A stretch of 45,039 bases of DNA from Pseudomonadota bacterium (GCA_043825875.1 JBDRRF010000074.1:1-45039), one strand, 5' to 3'; positions 18,732-30,372 are shown, counted from the stretch's first letter. Notes: generated by a model not told the origin, from the letters alone. Numbers and translations: made by a program.

Positions 18732-19427
18732 ATGATTAAATCAAAAATAAAAATAAGAACCAAACATATGCCCGCAGGTATAAAGATTCTTTATGAGGAT
18801 CGGGACATAGTAGTGATTGATAAGAGTGCAGGGCTGTTAAGTGTTAAAGCGAATTACGAAGCGGAAAATACTGCTCATCATTTGCTTACAAATTATGTAA
18901 GAAAAGGTAACCCAAAGGCAAGAATCAATCTGTTTGTTGTTCACCGCCTGGATCGTGATACTTCCGGAGTGTTGATTTTTGCTAAAAGTTTGGAGATTCG
19001 TGAGAAATTTGCAGCACAATGGAAAAACGTAGAAAAAAAATACATAGCTTTAGTCTATGGTAATTTAACAGAAAAAAGCGGCATTATAGAGTCTTATCTT
19101 GCTGAAGGCGATGAATATAAAATGCGGTCTGTTAGTAATCCACAAGAGGGAAAGCTTGCCAGAACTAAATATAAGGTAATAAAAGAGTCTAAAAATTATA
19201 GCCTCTTGGAAATTGATCTTTTGACCGGTAAAAAAAATCAAATCCGTGCTCACTTGTCCGAAAAAGGACATCCAATTGTCGGTGATGTAAAATATAGAAA
19301 GAATCCTACAAAGGGTCGTTTAGCTTTACATGCATTTTCGATTAGCTTTAAACACCCGTTTAACGATGAAGAAATGATGTTTGAAACAAAAATTCCGGAA
19401 TATTTTTTGACTTATTTTAAGCTGTAA
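18732..19427 (+). CDS. RluA-family pseudouridine synthase
   Basis: ILYED.DIVVIDK..GL, HRLDRDTSG, TG.KNQIR.H, HPIVGD..Y, LHA; ATG 18732 preferred over upstream TTG. Confidence 0.92.
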   Translation: MIKSKIKIRTKHMPAGIKILYEDRDIVVIDKSAGLLSVKANYEAENTAHHLLTNYVRKGNPKARINLFVVHRLDRDTSGVLIFAKSLEIREKFAAQWKNVEKKYIALVYGNLTEKSGIIESYLAEGDEYKMRSVSNPQEGKLARTKYKVIKESKNYSLLEIDLLTGKKNQIRAHLSEKGHPIVGDVKYRKNPTKGRLALHAFSISFKHPFNDEEMMFETKIPEYFLTYFKL

Positions 19428-19442
19428 GGACAATGTCAGGGA

Positions 19443-20516
19443 TTATCTATGCCTGGAGTTTAAGAAATCAATAGTACCAATCTTATCAATGCTTTCCGGC
19501 TGCCAGCTTGGCCGGTCGTCCTTGTCGATAAGGCGGGCCCGTATGCCTTCTATATAATCGGGATGAGATAAAATGAAACTTGCCGCCTTGAGGTCCGTCT
19601 TGTATACATTTTCTAACGGCCGTCCTTTATTTAGATGAAGAAGTTGCAGGGTTATTGTAGGGGCTGTGGGGGAGCGTTCGGAAAGCCTTTGAAAAACCTC
19701 CTCGCAAAGATCATTAAATAGACTACATGCCCTCAAATCTTCAAGCATTTGTACTATTGATATTTTACCGTCAAAATAAGTTTTTACCCAGGCGTCCATT
19801 TCGGGGTTTTGAGGGATGTCTTTATTTAATAATGGGTCAAGAAGTGAAATGATCTGATCTAAAGCCCCGGGCTTATTCAGAGATAGTTCTGTAGACAGGT
19901 TTTTCAATAATTGGGGAACCAGGGATAAATTTTGGGTATTAAGCAGATGTGTGGCAAAACCTACTCGTACACATTCTGCGCCGGTCATTTCATGTCCTGT
20001 AAGACCAAGGAATTCGGGATATCCCGGCAGACATTTATCATGCATCCAGCCTGTGGCGCCCACATCCGGAAAGAATCCGATACGTGTTTCAGGCATGGCA
20101 GTCCTTGTGCGTTCGGTAGCAAGAACGATATCGGCACCTGCGGATAATCCCAGTCCGCCGCCCATTGTAATACCGTCAGCCAGCACAATTACCGGCTTTG
20201 GAAAACGGCTGATCTCAAGATCAAGGGCGTATTCTGCTTCAAGAAACTGAAGGCACTGATTTATATTGCCTTCTCTGACACTCTGGGCCATTGCTTTAAT
20301 ATCCGCACCTGCACAAAACCCCCTGGTTCCTGCTCCATAAAAAAGGACTGTTCGAATAGAGTTATCCTCTTTTGCTTTATCAATAGCCGTTTTAATCGAT
20401 TTAACCATCTCATGGTTAAGGCTGTTTAAAACTTTTGGCCGGTTTAACACAATTGAAAGCAAATTCTTGTGTTTTTCGATAAGAACCGGAGTATTGCCAT
20501 TGTTTTCTTTATACAT
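19443..20516 (-). CDS. Crotonase-family protein, 3-hydroxyisobutyryl-CoA hydrolase-like
   Basis: LNRPK.LNSL, FCAGAD, DGITMGGGLG, MPETRIGFFPDVG, EGIRA.LIDKD..P.W. Confidence 0.85.
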   Translation of the reverse strand: MYKENNGNTPVLIEKHKNLLSIVLNRPKVLNSLNHEMVKSIKTAIDKAKEDNSIRTVLFYGAGTRGFCAGADIKAMAQSVREGNINQCLQFLEAEYALDLEISRFPKPVIVLADGITMGGGLGLSAGADIVLATERTRTAMPETRIGFFPDVGATGWMHDKCLPGYPEFLGLTGHEMTGAECVRVGFATHLLNTQNLSLVPQLLKNLSTELSLNKPGALDQIISLLDPLLNKDIPQNPEMDAWVKTYFDGKISIVQMLEDLRACSLFNDLCEEVFQRLSERSPTAPTITLQLLHLNKGRPLENVYKTDLKAASFILSHPDYIEGIRARLIDKDDRPSWQPESIDKIGTIDFLNSRHR

Positions 20517-20548
20517 ATAATAAAGCCGAACTTAATTTATAATAATTG

Positions 20549-21754
20549 CTATACATCTCTTGTCCACAAAGAAGCCATAGCCGGGCCTCCGCCGACACAA
20601 AGCGATGCCCCGCCGGTGGTTAAACCCAGCCTTTCCATTTCATAATATAATGTTACGATAAGCCGAAGCCCTGTGCATCCCACCGGGTGGCCTAATGATA
20701 TGCCGGACCCGTTATGATTATGCTTTTCTATATCAAATGTAATACTGTAGTCTTTTTCAAGCATACGTTTCACGCCAAGTATTTGAACAGCAAAGGCTTC
20801 ATTGAGTTCCCAATAATCGATATCCCCAAATTGCATACCTGCCTGACCAAGGCATCTTGGAATTGCAACCGCCGGCCCAAGCCCCATTATTTCAGGAGCA
20901 ACGCCTTTAGTGCATACATTAACAAGCTTCATCAAAGGCTTAATTCCAAGCTCTTTTGCTTTTTTCTTTGACATAATTACAGTTGCTGCTGCCCCATCGC
21001 AAATGCCGGAAACATTTCCAATGGTAACCACACCGTTTTCTTTAAAGGCGGGACGCAATTTGGACATACTTTCTATGGTAGCGTTTCTGTCCACATGCTC
21101 GTCGGTCTCAAAAAAGGTTGGTCCTTTTTTGGATTTTATTTTTACGGGAACGATTTCTCTTTTAAACCTGCCTTCATCAATAGCTGTTGCAGCTCTTGCA
21201 TGGCTCATTACAGCCAATTCATCACATTCTTTACGTGAGATTTTGTATCTCTCGCCGATATTTTCGGCGGTTAATCCAACATGTCCCGGAACCAGTTCAT
21301 CTATTAAAGCATCGTAATACATATGATCTTCAATTTTGCCCGGACCAATTTTATAGCCCTGCCTTCCCTTGGTCATAATATATGGAGCATTTGTCATGCT
21401 TTCTACTGCTATAATTAAAGCGATTTCCGTTTTGCCCAGCATAATATTGTGTGCTGCAATCTCAAGGGCGCGCATGCCCGAAGCGCAATTCTGGTTTACC
21501 GAAACAGCGCCGCTTCGGCCGGGAAGCCCCAGCCTCATGGCAACCTGACGTGCAGGCAAAGATCCCTGAAGCGCTGTAAGTATCTGCCCCATGCATATTT
21601 CATCAATCTGATCCGCAGGGACACCGGATCGTTTTATGGCTTCTTCCCCGGCAGTAATTGCCAGTTCTCTTGCCTGAACATTTTTAAGGCTTCCCAGAAA
21701 TTCTCCAATTGCCGTTCTGCAGGCGCTTACCAATACAACATCTTCAAGCTCCAT
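20549..21754 (-). CDS. Thiolase (acetyl-CoA C-acyltransferase)
   Basis: Catalytic motifs NQNCASG, NEAF, GHPVG, CVGGG; AGGAGG RBS favours the MELEDV start. Confidence 0.92.
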   Translation of the reverse strand: MELEDVVLVSACRTAIGEFLGSLKNVQARELAITAGEEAIKRSGVPADQIDEICMGQILTALQGSLPARQVAMRLGLPGRSGAVSVNQNCASGMRALEIAAHNIMLGKTEIALIIAVESMTNAPYIMTKGRQGYKIGPGKIEDHMYYDALIDELVPGHVGLTAENIGERYKISRKECDELAVMSHARAATAIDEGRFKREIVPVKIKSKKGPTFFETDEHVDRNATIESMSKLRPAFKENGVVTIGNVSGICDGAAATVIMSKKKAKELGIKPLMKLVNVCTKGVAPEIMGLGPAVAIPRCLGQAGMQFGDIDYWELNEAFAVQILGVKRMLEKDYSITFDIEKHNHNGSGISLGHPVGCTGLRLIVTLYYEMERLGLTTGGASLCVGGGPAMASLWTRDV

Positions 21755-21940
21755 ATTCTTAAATTTCCTCCTGTACATTGCCCCTAATCAGAGCTTTCTT
21801 ATTTTATTTCTTTCAGGTAACTGACTACTCCTGATAAGTCAAGCCTGCTATTTGATCCTGTTTAATCCGGGGGGAGAAGCCTTGATGAGTAGATCGGATG
21901 GTTTGGAAAATACATAAATAATTGGGTTAATTATTAATAA

Positions 21941-22576
21941 TTACTCAGTTTTGTGCTGGTAATTACATAATTTTGTTAGGGGACAATCAGCACATAAAGG
22001 TTTTCTTGCCTTGCAGATCTCTCTGCCGAAATAGATAAGTCTTAGACAAAAATCGTTCCATTCTGTTTGAGGGATTATTTTCATAAGATCAAATTCAATT
22101 TTTACCGGATCTTTATTAACAGATAAGTTCAAACGCTGTGAAATTCTGGCCACATGTGTGTCAACCACTATTCCGGGAATACCAAAGGCTGCACCAAGAA
22201 CAACATTTGCGGTTTTGCGCCCCACCCCGGAAAGGCCGGTCAGTTCTTCTATCGAATCAGGAACTCTGCCATCATATTTTTTAATAATTTCTTTGGAACA
22301 ATTTTTTATATTTATGGTTTTATTCCTAAAAAAGCCTGTTGATTTTATTAGTTTTTCAATCAGTTCAGCAGGAGCTTTTGCAAAATCATAAGGTGTTTTA
22401 AGTTTGTCAAACAAACTTTTTGTAACAATATTTACCCGTTTGTCAGTGCATTGTGCAGAAAGTATTGTAGCAACAAGAAGCTCGAAGGGAGTATTATAAT
22501 TTAGCTGGGTTTTAACATCAGGATATCTTTTGGTTAAAATCTTTATTATTTTATCTGTACGGGCTAACAATCTCAT
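21941..22576 (-). CDS. nth: Endonuclease III
   Basis: LLVATILSAQCTD, L.GVGRKTANV, VDTHV and CKARKPLC..CPL..LC [4Fe-4S] motif. Confidence 0.95.
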   Translation of the reverse strand: MRLLARTDKIIKILTKRYPDVKTQLNYNTPFELLVATILSAQCTDKRVNIVTKSLFDKLKTPYDFAKAPAELIEKLIKSTGFFRNKTINIKNCSKEIIKKYDGRVPDSIEELTGLSGVGRKTANVVLGAAFGIPGIVVDTHVARISQRLNLSVNKDPVKIEFDLMKIIPQTEWNDFCLRLIYFGREICKARKPLCADCPLTKLCNYQHKTE

Positions 22577-22751
22577 TTTATATTATTTATCCTATCAATG
22601 ATAGTTACGGAATAAAATATGCAAATTAAGGTCTTAAATAATGGAAACATTATATAATATATTTTTATAAGCTTATAATTATTTGTTTTTCTATACGATT
22701 GCTTACTGTTATTTACTTCCACATTCCATAATTTCTTACAGCAGAAAAAGG

Positions 22752-22780
22752 TTGACATATGGCTGTAACTTTCCTATATA
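22752..22780 (+). promoter_or_regulatory. Putative sigma70 promoter of hppA
   Basis: TTGACA-N17-TATATA about 150 bp upstream of hppA. Confidence 0.55.
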
Positions 22781-22926
22781 TTCTGGCCATTGTAAAGCAC
22801 TATATTATCATAGATAATGATAATTTAAGAAGATGTATATAAAATATATACGGGGGAGGTGAAGTAACTGTAAGTGGTTTAGTCTTTTTTTGTATATGAT
22901 TAATAATAATTAATAAGGGGGTTTAA

Positions 22927-25008
22927 ATGAGTTTAACTATACAATTTGCATTAGGATGCGGTATATTAGGCGTTATATACGCAATTATAACTGCAATCTG
23001 GGTTTCAAAGCAGGATGCAGGAAACGCCAAAATGCAGGAAATATCGGATGCAATTAAAGAAGGCGCATATGCGTTTCTTGGCCGCGAGTATAAAGCTGTG
23101 GCTATGGTTGCTGTAATTCTGGTTATCCTGATTCTTGCTTTTGGTCTTGGCACGTGGACGGCCATTGGTTTTGTTGTTGGTACTGTTGGTTCGGCGCTTG
23201 CAGGTTTTGTGGGTATGTGGGTTACTGTAAGAGCTAATGTACGTACCACACAGGCGGCAAGCAAAGGTCTCCAGGCTGCTCTCGGCCTTGCCTTTAAAGG
23301 TGGCTCGGTAACAGGTGTTATGGTCGTAGGTCTCGGAATTATAGGGCTTGCAGGCTTTTATTACATCGCAAAAACAGCAGCTCCGGAAAATGCATTCCAT
23401 GCTCTTATCGGACTTGGATTCGGATGTTCGCTTATGAGCGTTTTTGCACGTATTGCAGGCGGTATCTATACAAAGGCTGCTGATGTTGGCGCTGACCTTG
23501 TTGGTAAAGTTGAGGCCGGAATTCCTGAAGATGATCCAAGAAACCCTGCGGTTATCGCAGACAATGTTGGTGATAACGTAGGCGACTGTGCAGGTATGGC
23601 GGCTGATCTTTATGAAACATATACCGTTACTCTTGTTGCGGCTATGTTGCTTGCAAAAACGGTTTTCGGCGACGGCAGCCCGTGGATTGAATTTCCGTTG
23701 ATGCTTGGTGGAATCTCGATCGTTGCTTCAATTATCGGAACGTTTGCAGTAAAGCTTGGCAAAAGCCAGTATATTATGGGTGCGTTATACAAAGGCCTTG
23801 CTGTTTCAGGCATACTTGCCGCAGTGGCATTTTATTTCGTGACAGGAAGCTTCTTAAAAACCGTATCGCCAGAGATGAGAGCGGCATATCCGGCATTCAC
23901 ACAAAACAGTGTTTTTCTGATGGCGCTTATCGGCCTTGTATTAACAGGCCTGATTGTTGTTATCACAGAGTATTTCACCGCAGCGGACCGTCCTCCGGTA
24001 CAACACATTGCAAAAGCCAGCCTTACCGGTCATGGAACAAACGTTATCGCAGGACTTGCGGTTAGTATGAAATCAACTGCTGCTCCGGTTATAGTAATCG
24101 TATTGGCAATTCTTGGATCCTATCAGTTAGGCGGAGGTTTTTCTGACACAGCCGATGCTGCTAAAGGCGGCCTTTTTGCTATCGCTCTTGCTGCTGTTTC
24201 CATGCTTTCGATGACAGGTATCGTAGTTGCTATCGACTCTTACGGTCCTATTACCGATAATGCAGGCGGTATTGCAGAAATGTCCGAACTGCCCGAAGAA
24301 ATCCGCAACATCACTGATCCTCTGGATGCTGTTGGAAATACAACAAAGGCTGTAACAAAGGGTTATGCAATAGGTTCAGCGGCTCTTGCGGCTCTTGTCC
24401 TTTTTGCAGAATACTCCCGGTCATTTTCTGACGTGATTCTTTTTGACCTTTCAAATCCGATGGTTCTGGCCGGTCTTTTTATCGGTGGTCTGCTTCCTTA
24501 TTATTTCGGGTCTCTTCTTATGGAGGCTGTTGGTAAAGCAGCAGGAAGCATTGTTGAAGAAGTTAGAAGACAGTTCCGTGAAATCCCGGGTATTATGGAA
24601 TATAAGGCAAAACCCGAATACGGTAAGTGCGTTGATATCGTAACAAAAGGCGCTATCAAGCAAATGATGGTTCCCGCTCTTATCCCGGTTATTGTTCCTA
24701 TTGTGGTTGGTCTTACCCTCGGCAGAGAAGCTCTTGGTGGAGTACTTATCGGAAGTATTTTAACCGGTCTTTTCCAGGCTATAGCCATGACAAGTGGTGG
24801 TGGTGCATGGGATAATGCCAAGAAATCCTTTGAAGACGGTGTTACCGATGACAATGGTGTTATGCACAAAAAAGGCAGCGAAGGTCACAAAGCATCTGTT
24901 ACAGGTGACACAGTAGGCGATCCTTACAAGGATACAGCCGGTCCTGCCATCAACCCGATGATCAAGGTTATCAATATCGTTGCTCTTTTGATTGTTCCTT
25001 TAATCTAA
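22927..25008 (+). CDS. hppA: Membrane-bound pyrophosphatase, probably K+-independent H+-translocating
   Basis: [26 protein letters not shown] (Lys form), [10 protein letters not shown]. Confidence 0.95.
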   Translation: MSLTIQFALGCGILGVIYAIITAIWVSKQDAGNAKMQEISDAIKEGAYAFLGREYKAVAMVAVILVILILAFGLGTWTAIGFVVGTVGSALAGFVGMWVTVRANVRTTQAASKGLQAALGLAFKGGSVTGVMVVGLGIIGLAGFYYIAKTAAPENAFHALIGLGFGCSLMSVFARIAGGIYTKAADVGADLVGKVEAGIPEDDPRNPAVIADNVGDNVGDCAGMAADLYETYTVTLVAAMLLAKTVFGDGSPWIEFPLMLGGISIVASIIGTFAVKLGKSQYIMGALYKGLAVSGILAAVAFYFVTGSFLKTVSPEMRAAYPAFTQNSVFLMALIGLVLTGLIVVITEYFTAADRPPVQHIAKASLTGHGTNVIAGLAVSMKSTAAPVIVIVLAILGSYQLGGGFSDTADAAKGGLFAIALAAVSMLSMTGIVVAIDSYGPITDNAGGIAEMSELPEEIRNITDPLDAVGNTTKAVTKGYAIGSAALAALVLFAEYSRSFSDVILFDLSNPMVLAGLFIGGLLPYYFGSLLMEAVGKAAGSIVEEVRRQFREIPGIMEYKAKPEYGKCVDIVTKGAIKQMMVPALIPVIVPIVVGLTLGREALGGVLIGSILTGLFQAIAMTSGGGAWDNAKKSFEDGVTDDNGVMHKKGSEGHKASVTGDTVGDPYKDTAGPAINPMIKVINIVALLIVPLI

Positions 25009-25044
25009 TGGTGACAGATAAGTAAAGATAGTTTTAGTACATAT

Positions 25045-25086
25045 TAAAAGGCCGTCCTAGTAGAAAAGGGCGGCCTTTTATTTTTA
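25045..25086 (+). terminator. Rho-independent terminator after hppA
   Basis: TAAAAGGCCGTCC/GGGCGGCCTTTTA stem followed by a T-rich tail. Confidence 0.75.
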
Positions 25087-25100
25087 TATATAATCATATT

Positions 25101-26120
25101 ATGACAGATCACAAAAAAATTATGACAGATTGCAAAAAAAATGTTTGGGCATTAGGCCTTTGTTCAGGAGGGCTTGACAGCATTCTTTCCGCTTTAGTTC
25201 TTCGCAAAATACAAGTTGAAGTTGAATGGATAACTTTTGAAACTCCGTTTTTTTCATCACAAAAAGCGGTAAAGGCATCTGAAATTACGGGTATTCCTTT
25301 AACTGTAAAAAACATTACCAAAGAATATATGCAGATGCTAAAAAATCCAAATTGCGGATACGGTAAAAACATGAATCCATGCATGGATTGCCATTCGCTT
25401 ATGTTCAGGATTGCAGGCAGTATTATGAAAGAGCGCGGGTTTGATTTTCTTTTTAGCGGAGAAGTACTTGGACAGCGGCCTATGTCTCAAACAAGACCAT
25501 CTCTTAGATATGTGGAAAAGCATTCCGGTTATGATGGTTATATACTAAGGCCGTTATCAGCTAAAAGGCTTGCTCCGACAATACCCGAAATAAAAGGGCT
25601 TGTTGACAGGGAGCTTTTGCTTGATATTACAGGAAAGTCAAGAAAACCCCAGATAGCTCTTGCCGCCGAATTTGGTGTTTCGGATTACCCTGCTCCTGCA
25701 GGTGGCTGCCTTTTGACAGACAAAGAATTTTCCAAACGACTAAAAGATCTTTTTGCAAATCAGGAAAACTATCCGGAAAATGAAATGCATTTATTAAAAT
25801 TCGGGCGCCATTTTCGGATTAATAAAAGTACAAAAGTAATTGTCGGGAGAAACCAGGCTGATAATGAAAATATAGAAAAGCTGTTTAACCCGATATCAGA
25901 CATTATATTAAAAGTAAAAGACTTTCCCGGGCCATTAGCAATAATGCCAAACGGAGGAAGCAATGATACAATAATACTTGCGGCTTCCATATGTGCTGGA
26001 TATAGCAAAGCTCCGGAATTATCAGAAATTAATGTTACCGCTACAACGCCAAAGGGCGACAGAACTATAAAAGTACTTGCAATTCCCCCGGAGAAAATAA
26101 GGCATCTGATGGTACAGTAA
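25101..26120 (+). CDS. ThiI/MnmA-like PP-loop tRNA sulfurtransferase with DUF814-like C-terminus
   Basis: SGGLDS, NPCMDC, GEVLGQRPMSQ, PAGGCLLTD, GRHFR. Confidence 0.8.
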   Translation: MTDHKKIMTDCKKNVWALGLCSGGLDSILSALVLRKIQVEVEWITFETPFFSSQKAVKASEITGIPLTVKNITKEYMQMLKNPNCGYGKNMNPCMDCHSLMFRIAGSIMKERGFDFLFSGEVLGQRPMSQTRPSLRYVEKHSGYDGYILRPLSAKRLAPTIPEIKGLVDRELLLDITGKSRKPQIALAAEFGVSDYPAPAGGCLLTDKEFSKRLKDLFANQENYPENEMHLLKFGRHFRINKSTKVIVGRNQADNENIEKLFNPISDIILKVKDFPGPLAIMPNGGSNDTIILAASICAGYSKAPELSEINVTATTPKGDRTIKVLAIPPEKIRHLMVQ

Positions 26121-26126
26121 TAAAAA

Positions 26127-27176
26127 TCAGTTCAACAGTTCCTTGCCCCTAAGTTGACCGCAAGCCGCCGAAATATCCTGCCCTTTGCTGTGCCGTATTA
26201 CAACAGTATAATCATTATTTACCAGTATTTCCCGAAAATTTTTAATGACAGCTGCTTCCGGTCTTTTAAATTCGCTTGCTTCATACTCATTAAAGGGAAT
26301 CAGGTTTATTTTTGACTTAACCGATCTTAATAGTTTTGCAAGATTCTTTGCATCAGCCGGAGAATCATTTAAATCTTTAATAAGAATATATTCAAAAGTT
26401 ATCCTGTTTCTGGGTTTCAAATCATACTCCCGGCATGCCTTAATTAGTTCTTCGATGGGATATTTTCTGTTTATCGGCATAAGCATATCCCTTGTTTCAT
26501 TATCTGCAGCATTAAGCGATACTGCCAGGTTAACTCCGGTATCTTTTCCAAGATCTTTTAAAAAAGGAATAAGGCCTGCTGTTGAAACAGTAATCTTTCG
26601 TTTTGCAAAACCAAGACCGGTATCTTTCGATGAAATTGAATCTATTGCTTTAACAATATTTTTATAGTTTGCAAGAGGCTCACCCATTCCCATAAAAACA
26701 ATATTTGAAAGAGGTAATTTTTCTCCTGCTACATCATTTTGAATATCCCGCACTTGAGATACAATTTCAGCTTTTGTTAGATTTCTGATAAAACCGCCTC
26801 TTGCGGTTAAACAAAACCTGCATCCCTGAGCGCATCCTACCTGGCTTGAAATACAAAGGGTATAATGATTCTTTTCAGGTATCAGAACACTTTCTATATA
26901 ATTACCATCTGCTAATCTGAACAGATATTTTTTTGAACCATCACATGATATTTCAATTTTTTGTTTGTTAAGCCGGCTTATTGTAAAGTGGTTCGAAAAA
27001 AGATTTCTTAAATCAAGCCTGATATCTGTCATATCTTCAAATGTATCAACCTGTTTTAAATAAATCCAAGCCAATATCTGGTTAGCTCTATAAGCTTCAA
27101 TTCCCATTTCCTTTAACCAGAAAATAAGTTCTTCTTTTGAAAGCTCAATGATATTTTTTTTAGATTGTAAATTCAT
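26127..27176 (-). CDS. rlmN: Dual-specificity RNA methyltransferase RlmN
   Basis: CISSQVGCAQGCRFC, MGMGEP, DISAACGQL; start codon uncertain (27176 ATG or 27218 TTG). Confidence 0.93.
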   Translation of the reverse strand: MNLQSKKNIIELSKEELIFWLKEMGIEAYRANQILAWIYLKQVDTFEDMTDIRLDLRNLFSNHFTISRLNKQKIEISCDGSKKYLFRLADGNYIESVLIPEKNHYTLCISSQVGCAQGCRFCLTARGGFIRNLTKAEIVSQVRDIQNDVAGEKLPLSNIVFMGMGEPLANYKNIVKAIDSISSKDTGLGFAKRKITVSTAGLIPFLKDLGKDTGVNLAVSLNAADNETRDMLMPINRKYPIEELIKACREYDLKPRNRITFEYILIKDLNDSPADAKNLAKLLRSVKSKINLIPFNEYEASEFKRPEAAVIKNFREILVNNDYTVVIRHSKGQDISAACGQLRGKELLN

Positions 27177-27471
27177 AAATAGTGTTTTGAATATATCTTC
27201 AGATTTTAAATCAATCAAAACGCCTTAAAGGCGAAGATTCCAAATTATCATGCCGTTAAAGCAAACTATTGTCAAGGATTGGTACATGTCATACATAAAG
27301 ACATGATTGCTTCCCGGATTTTAATTATTTAAACTTGTCTATTCTTTCAAATGGCCGGAGAATGTTAAATAATAAGTTGATATTTATTATAAATCCTGTC
27401 ATTATGGGTTTGAATTAACTTTAAGTTTTAGAGGCTTTCAATGAAGCCGCCATGTTTAAAGGAACTTATAA

Positions 27472-28890
27472 TTGAAAACACAGGAAGAAAAAATTAAACC
27501 ATTCAGGCTAGTAAAATATTTCTCTTTTTCAAGCCTTATTGTACTATTTGCAGGAATTATGGTGTTGACAGTTTTAAATACTCACTGGGTTAGAAAAACA
27601 CAGCTAAAAAAAAGTGAAGAATATGCGTTTCTTATTGCGGCAAATCTGAATCATCAGCTTTTTACACAATTTATTATTCCGGCTTCAATTAAATACGGAA
27701 AAATACAGCTTAGAAACAAAGAGCAATCTGAAATTGTAGATAATATTGTTAGCAGTACTCTACATGGGTACAAAGTGGATAATGTAACTATTTATAGTGT
27801 TGAAAAAAATATCGTATCGTACAGTTTAGATAAAAACATAGTGGGGAAAGAAAACCTAGGGGGGCAGGAATATTTTAGAGCACTTTTAGGCGAACCTACA
27901 ACAAAACTGGTTCAAAGGGGCAATTTTATTGAAATTCTGCTTGGTCTTTATTCTAAAAACAAAATGGTTACTTTTGCACCTCTTCGTATTGAGAAAGCAT
28001 ATCCAGGATCTACAGGTCCCATAATAGGCGTTATTGAAATTGAACAGGATTTATCAGAAGATTATAAAAGTATGTTTAAATTTCAGCATGTTGCAATTAT
28101 TGCAATTACAGTTGTAATGAGCAGCCTTTTTGGCATTCTTGTTTTTTTCGTCAGAAAGGGAGAAAAAATAATTAAAAAACGTGCTATGGAGCGATTGATT
28201 CTTGAAGAACAACTAAGGCGAGCCGAACACTTATCAACTTTGGGTGAAATGATAGCCGGTGTTTCCCATGAAATAAGGAATCCTTTAGGAATTATCAAAA
28301 GTTCAGCCGAACTTTTGAAGAAAAAAATCGTTGCGTTAGATCCTTCCAACAAGGTTCCGGATATTATAGTCGAGGAATCTGTTCGACTTAATAAAATAAT
28401 CACGGATTTTTTAAATTTTGCAAAACCAAGAGAACCTGATTTGGTGCCTTGCAATATTGAAGATATTATTGAAAAAAATCTTAATTACCTGTCACAGCAG
28501 TTTGAAGAAAAAAATATTAGTGCCGAATTAAAAAATATATCCAATATCCCGGAAACATCAGCTGATTCTAATATGCTCTATCAGGCATTTTTAAATATAC
28601 TTATAAACAGCATGCAGTCTATGCCGGATGGAGGTAAAATATATGTCAGCATTATCTCTGATCAAAGCAATATTAATATTATTCTTGAAGATGAAGGAGC
28701 AGGAATTCCCGAAGATATTTTGAAAAAGATATGGGATCCTTTTTTTACTACTAAGGAAAAGGGAACCGGTCTTGGTCTTATAATTGCTAAAAATATTATT
28801 GAAGCTCATAATGGTAAAATCGAAATTTCAAACAGGTCTTCTTGCGGTGTGAAAGTGGTAGTTATAATTCCTGTTCAAAATGGAAAATAA
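27472..28890 (+). CDS. Membrane sensor histidine kinase
   Basis: Two TM segments; HEIRNPL H-box; N, D.G.GI, PFFTTK and GTGLGL boxes. Confidence 0.93.
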   Translation: MKTQEEKIKPFRLVKYFSFSSLIVLFAGIMVLTVLNTHWVRKTQLKKSEEYAFLIAANLNHQLFTQFIIPASIKYGKIQLRNKEQSEIVDNIVSSTLHGYKVDNVTIYSVEKNIVSYSLDKNIVGKENLGGQEYFRALLGEPTTKLVQRGNFIEILLGLYSKNKMVTFAPLRIEKAYPGSTGPIIGVIEIEQDLSEDYKSMFKFQHVAIIAITVVMSSLFGILVFFVRKGEKIIKKRAMERLILEEQLRRAEHLSTLGEMIAGVSHEIRNPLGIIKSSAELLKKKIVALDPSNKVPDIIVEESVRLNKIITDFLNFAKPREPDLVPCNIEDIIEKNLNYLSQQFEEKNISAELKNISNIPETSADSNMLYQAFLNILINSMQSMPDGGKIYVSIISDQSNINIILEDEGAGIPEDILKKIWDPFFTTKEKGTGLGLIIAKNIIEAHNGKIEISNRSSCGVKVVVIIPVQNGK

Positions 28891-28892
28891 TT

Positions 28893-30275
28893 ATGGAAAC
28901 AATTTTAATTGTTGATGATGAAAAAAACTATCCTCCGATAATAAGCGCAATTCTTGAAGAGGAAGGATATGAAACATTAGTTGCAAATAATGGCCTTAAT
29001 GCTCTGGAAATAATAAATAACTCCGACATTGATCTTGTCCTTACCGATATGAAAATGCCGCTTATTGATGGGATAGGACTTTTGGAAAGAATCAAAATAT
29101 CAGATCCCGATCTTCCAGTAATAATGATGACAGCTCATGGAACTGTCGAAAAAGCAGTAGAAGCCATGCAAAAAGGGGCTTACAATTACATACTAAAACC
29201 ATTTGATAATGAGAGGCTCATACTTTTTGTAAAAAAGGCTGTTAAGATATACAGCATTATCAAAGAAAATAAACAGCTTCGTAATGTTGTAGAATCACAA
29301 TATAAATTCGGTAACATTATCGGTAAAAGCAAAGCCATACGAGATGTTTTTGAAACTATACAAAAAGTATCGCCAACATCAGCAACTGTTTTAATAGAAG
29401 GAGAAAGCGGTACCGGAAAAGAGCTTGTCGCAAAATCTATTCATTTTAACAGCCCAAGAAGTGAAAAACCATTCATACCCGTAAATTGCTCCGCTTTTGC
29501 TGAAAATCTCCTTGAAAGCGAGCTGTTTGGCCATGAAAAAGGAGCCTTTACCGGAGCTGTTGCTATGAAAAAAGGAAGATTTGAACTTGCAGACAACGGC
29601 ACTCTTTTTCTTGATGAAATATCCGAATTATCTCAGGGCTTACAGGTGAAATTACTTCGTGTACTCCAGGAAAGAACCTTTGAAAGAGTTGGGGGGGTTA
29701 AACCGATTACAGTAAATATCCGGGTCATTGCAGCAACAAATAAGCATTTAAAAGAGGAAGTAAGACAGGGCCATTTCAGAGAAGATCTTTTTTATCGCCT
29801 CGATGTTTTAAATATTAATATTCCTCCTTTAAGACAAAGGCTGGAAGATATACATTTACTTGTTGAGCATTTTATAAACAAGTACGCCGGGCAAAGGAAA
29901 GTAGGGCAACCTGTTACTGGTGTTGATACGGAAGTTGAGCGTCTTTTATATGATTATACCTGGCCCGGAAATGTCCGCGAGCTTGAGAACTTTATTGAAA
30001 GGGCTATTATATTATGTGACAGCAACATTATAAGGGTTTCCGACCTTCCGAGAGAATTTAGGGATAATGTCTACAATACCCTGCATTTTGAAGGAATTCC
30101 GGCTAATGCAAAATTATATGAAACTTTGGATTTAGTTGAGCAGATAATGATTAAAAGAGCTATGAAAATGGCAAATAATGTTCAGTCACATGCGGCTGAA
30201 TTGCTTGGGATAGGAAAAAGCGGCCTTAATCAAAAATTAAAAAAACTCAATATTGATACAGCTAAGGAACAATAA
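28893..30275 (+). CDS. NtrC-family sigma54-dependent response regulator
   Basis: REC (IVDDE, TDMKMP, KPF), GESGTGKE, GAFTGA and Fis-type HTH; ATG 2 bp after the kinase stop. Confidence 0.94.
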   Translation: METILIVDDEKNYPPIISAILEEEGYETLVANNGLNALEIINNSDIDLVLTDMKMPLIDGIGLLERIKISDPDLPVIMMTAHGTVEKAVEAMQKGAYNYILKPFDNERLILFVKKAVKIYSIIKENKQLRNVVESQYKFGNIIGKSKAIRDVFETIQKVSPTSATVLIEGESGTGKELVAKSIHFNSPRSEKPFIPVNCSAFAENLLESELFGHEKGAFTGAVAMKKGRFELADNGTLFLDEISELSQGLQVKLLRVLQERTFERVGGVKPITVNIRVIAATNKHLKEEVRQGHFREDLFYRLDVLNINIPPLRQRLEDIHLLVEHFINKYAGQRKVGQPVTGVDTEVERLLYDYTWPGNVRELENFIERAIILCDSNIIRVSDLPREFRDNVYNTLHFEGIPANAKLYETLDLVEQIMIKRAMKMANNVQSHAAELLGIGKSGLNQKLKKLNIDTAKEQ

Positions 30276-30277
30276 AA

Positions 30278-30372
30278 ACGAATAAACCGGTTCAAGAAAT
30301 TGAACCTGTTTATTCGTATTATTTTCAGTATATTGTATAATTGATTAATTATATTGGTTCAAGAAATTGAAC
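30278..30372. promoter_or_regulatory. Two identical palindromes GGTTCAAGAAATTGAAC (30289-30305, 30356-30372), putative activator UAS; the first lies inside a long hairpin (30278-30317)
   Basis: Exact 17-bp duplicates with dyad GTTCAA-N4-TTGAAC, about 150-230 bp upstream of a sigma54 start site. Confidence 0.65.

Noticed and set aside
22573..22758. 61-aa ORF upstream of nth
   Set aside because: Low-complexity AT-rich promoter region, no RBS.
30278..30372. Repeated palindromes as a mini-CRISPR
   Set aside because: Only two 17-bp copies and no cas genes; better explained as activator sites.
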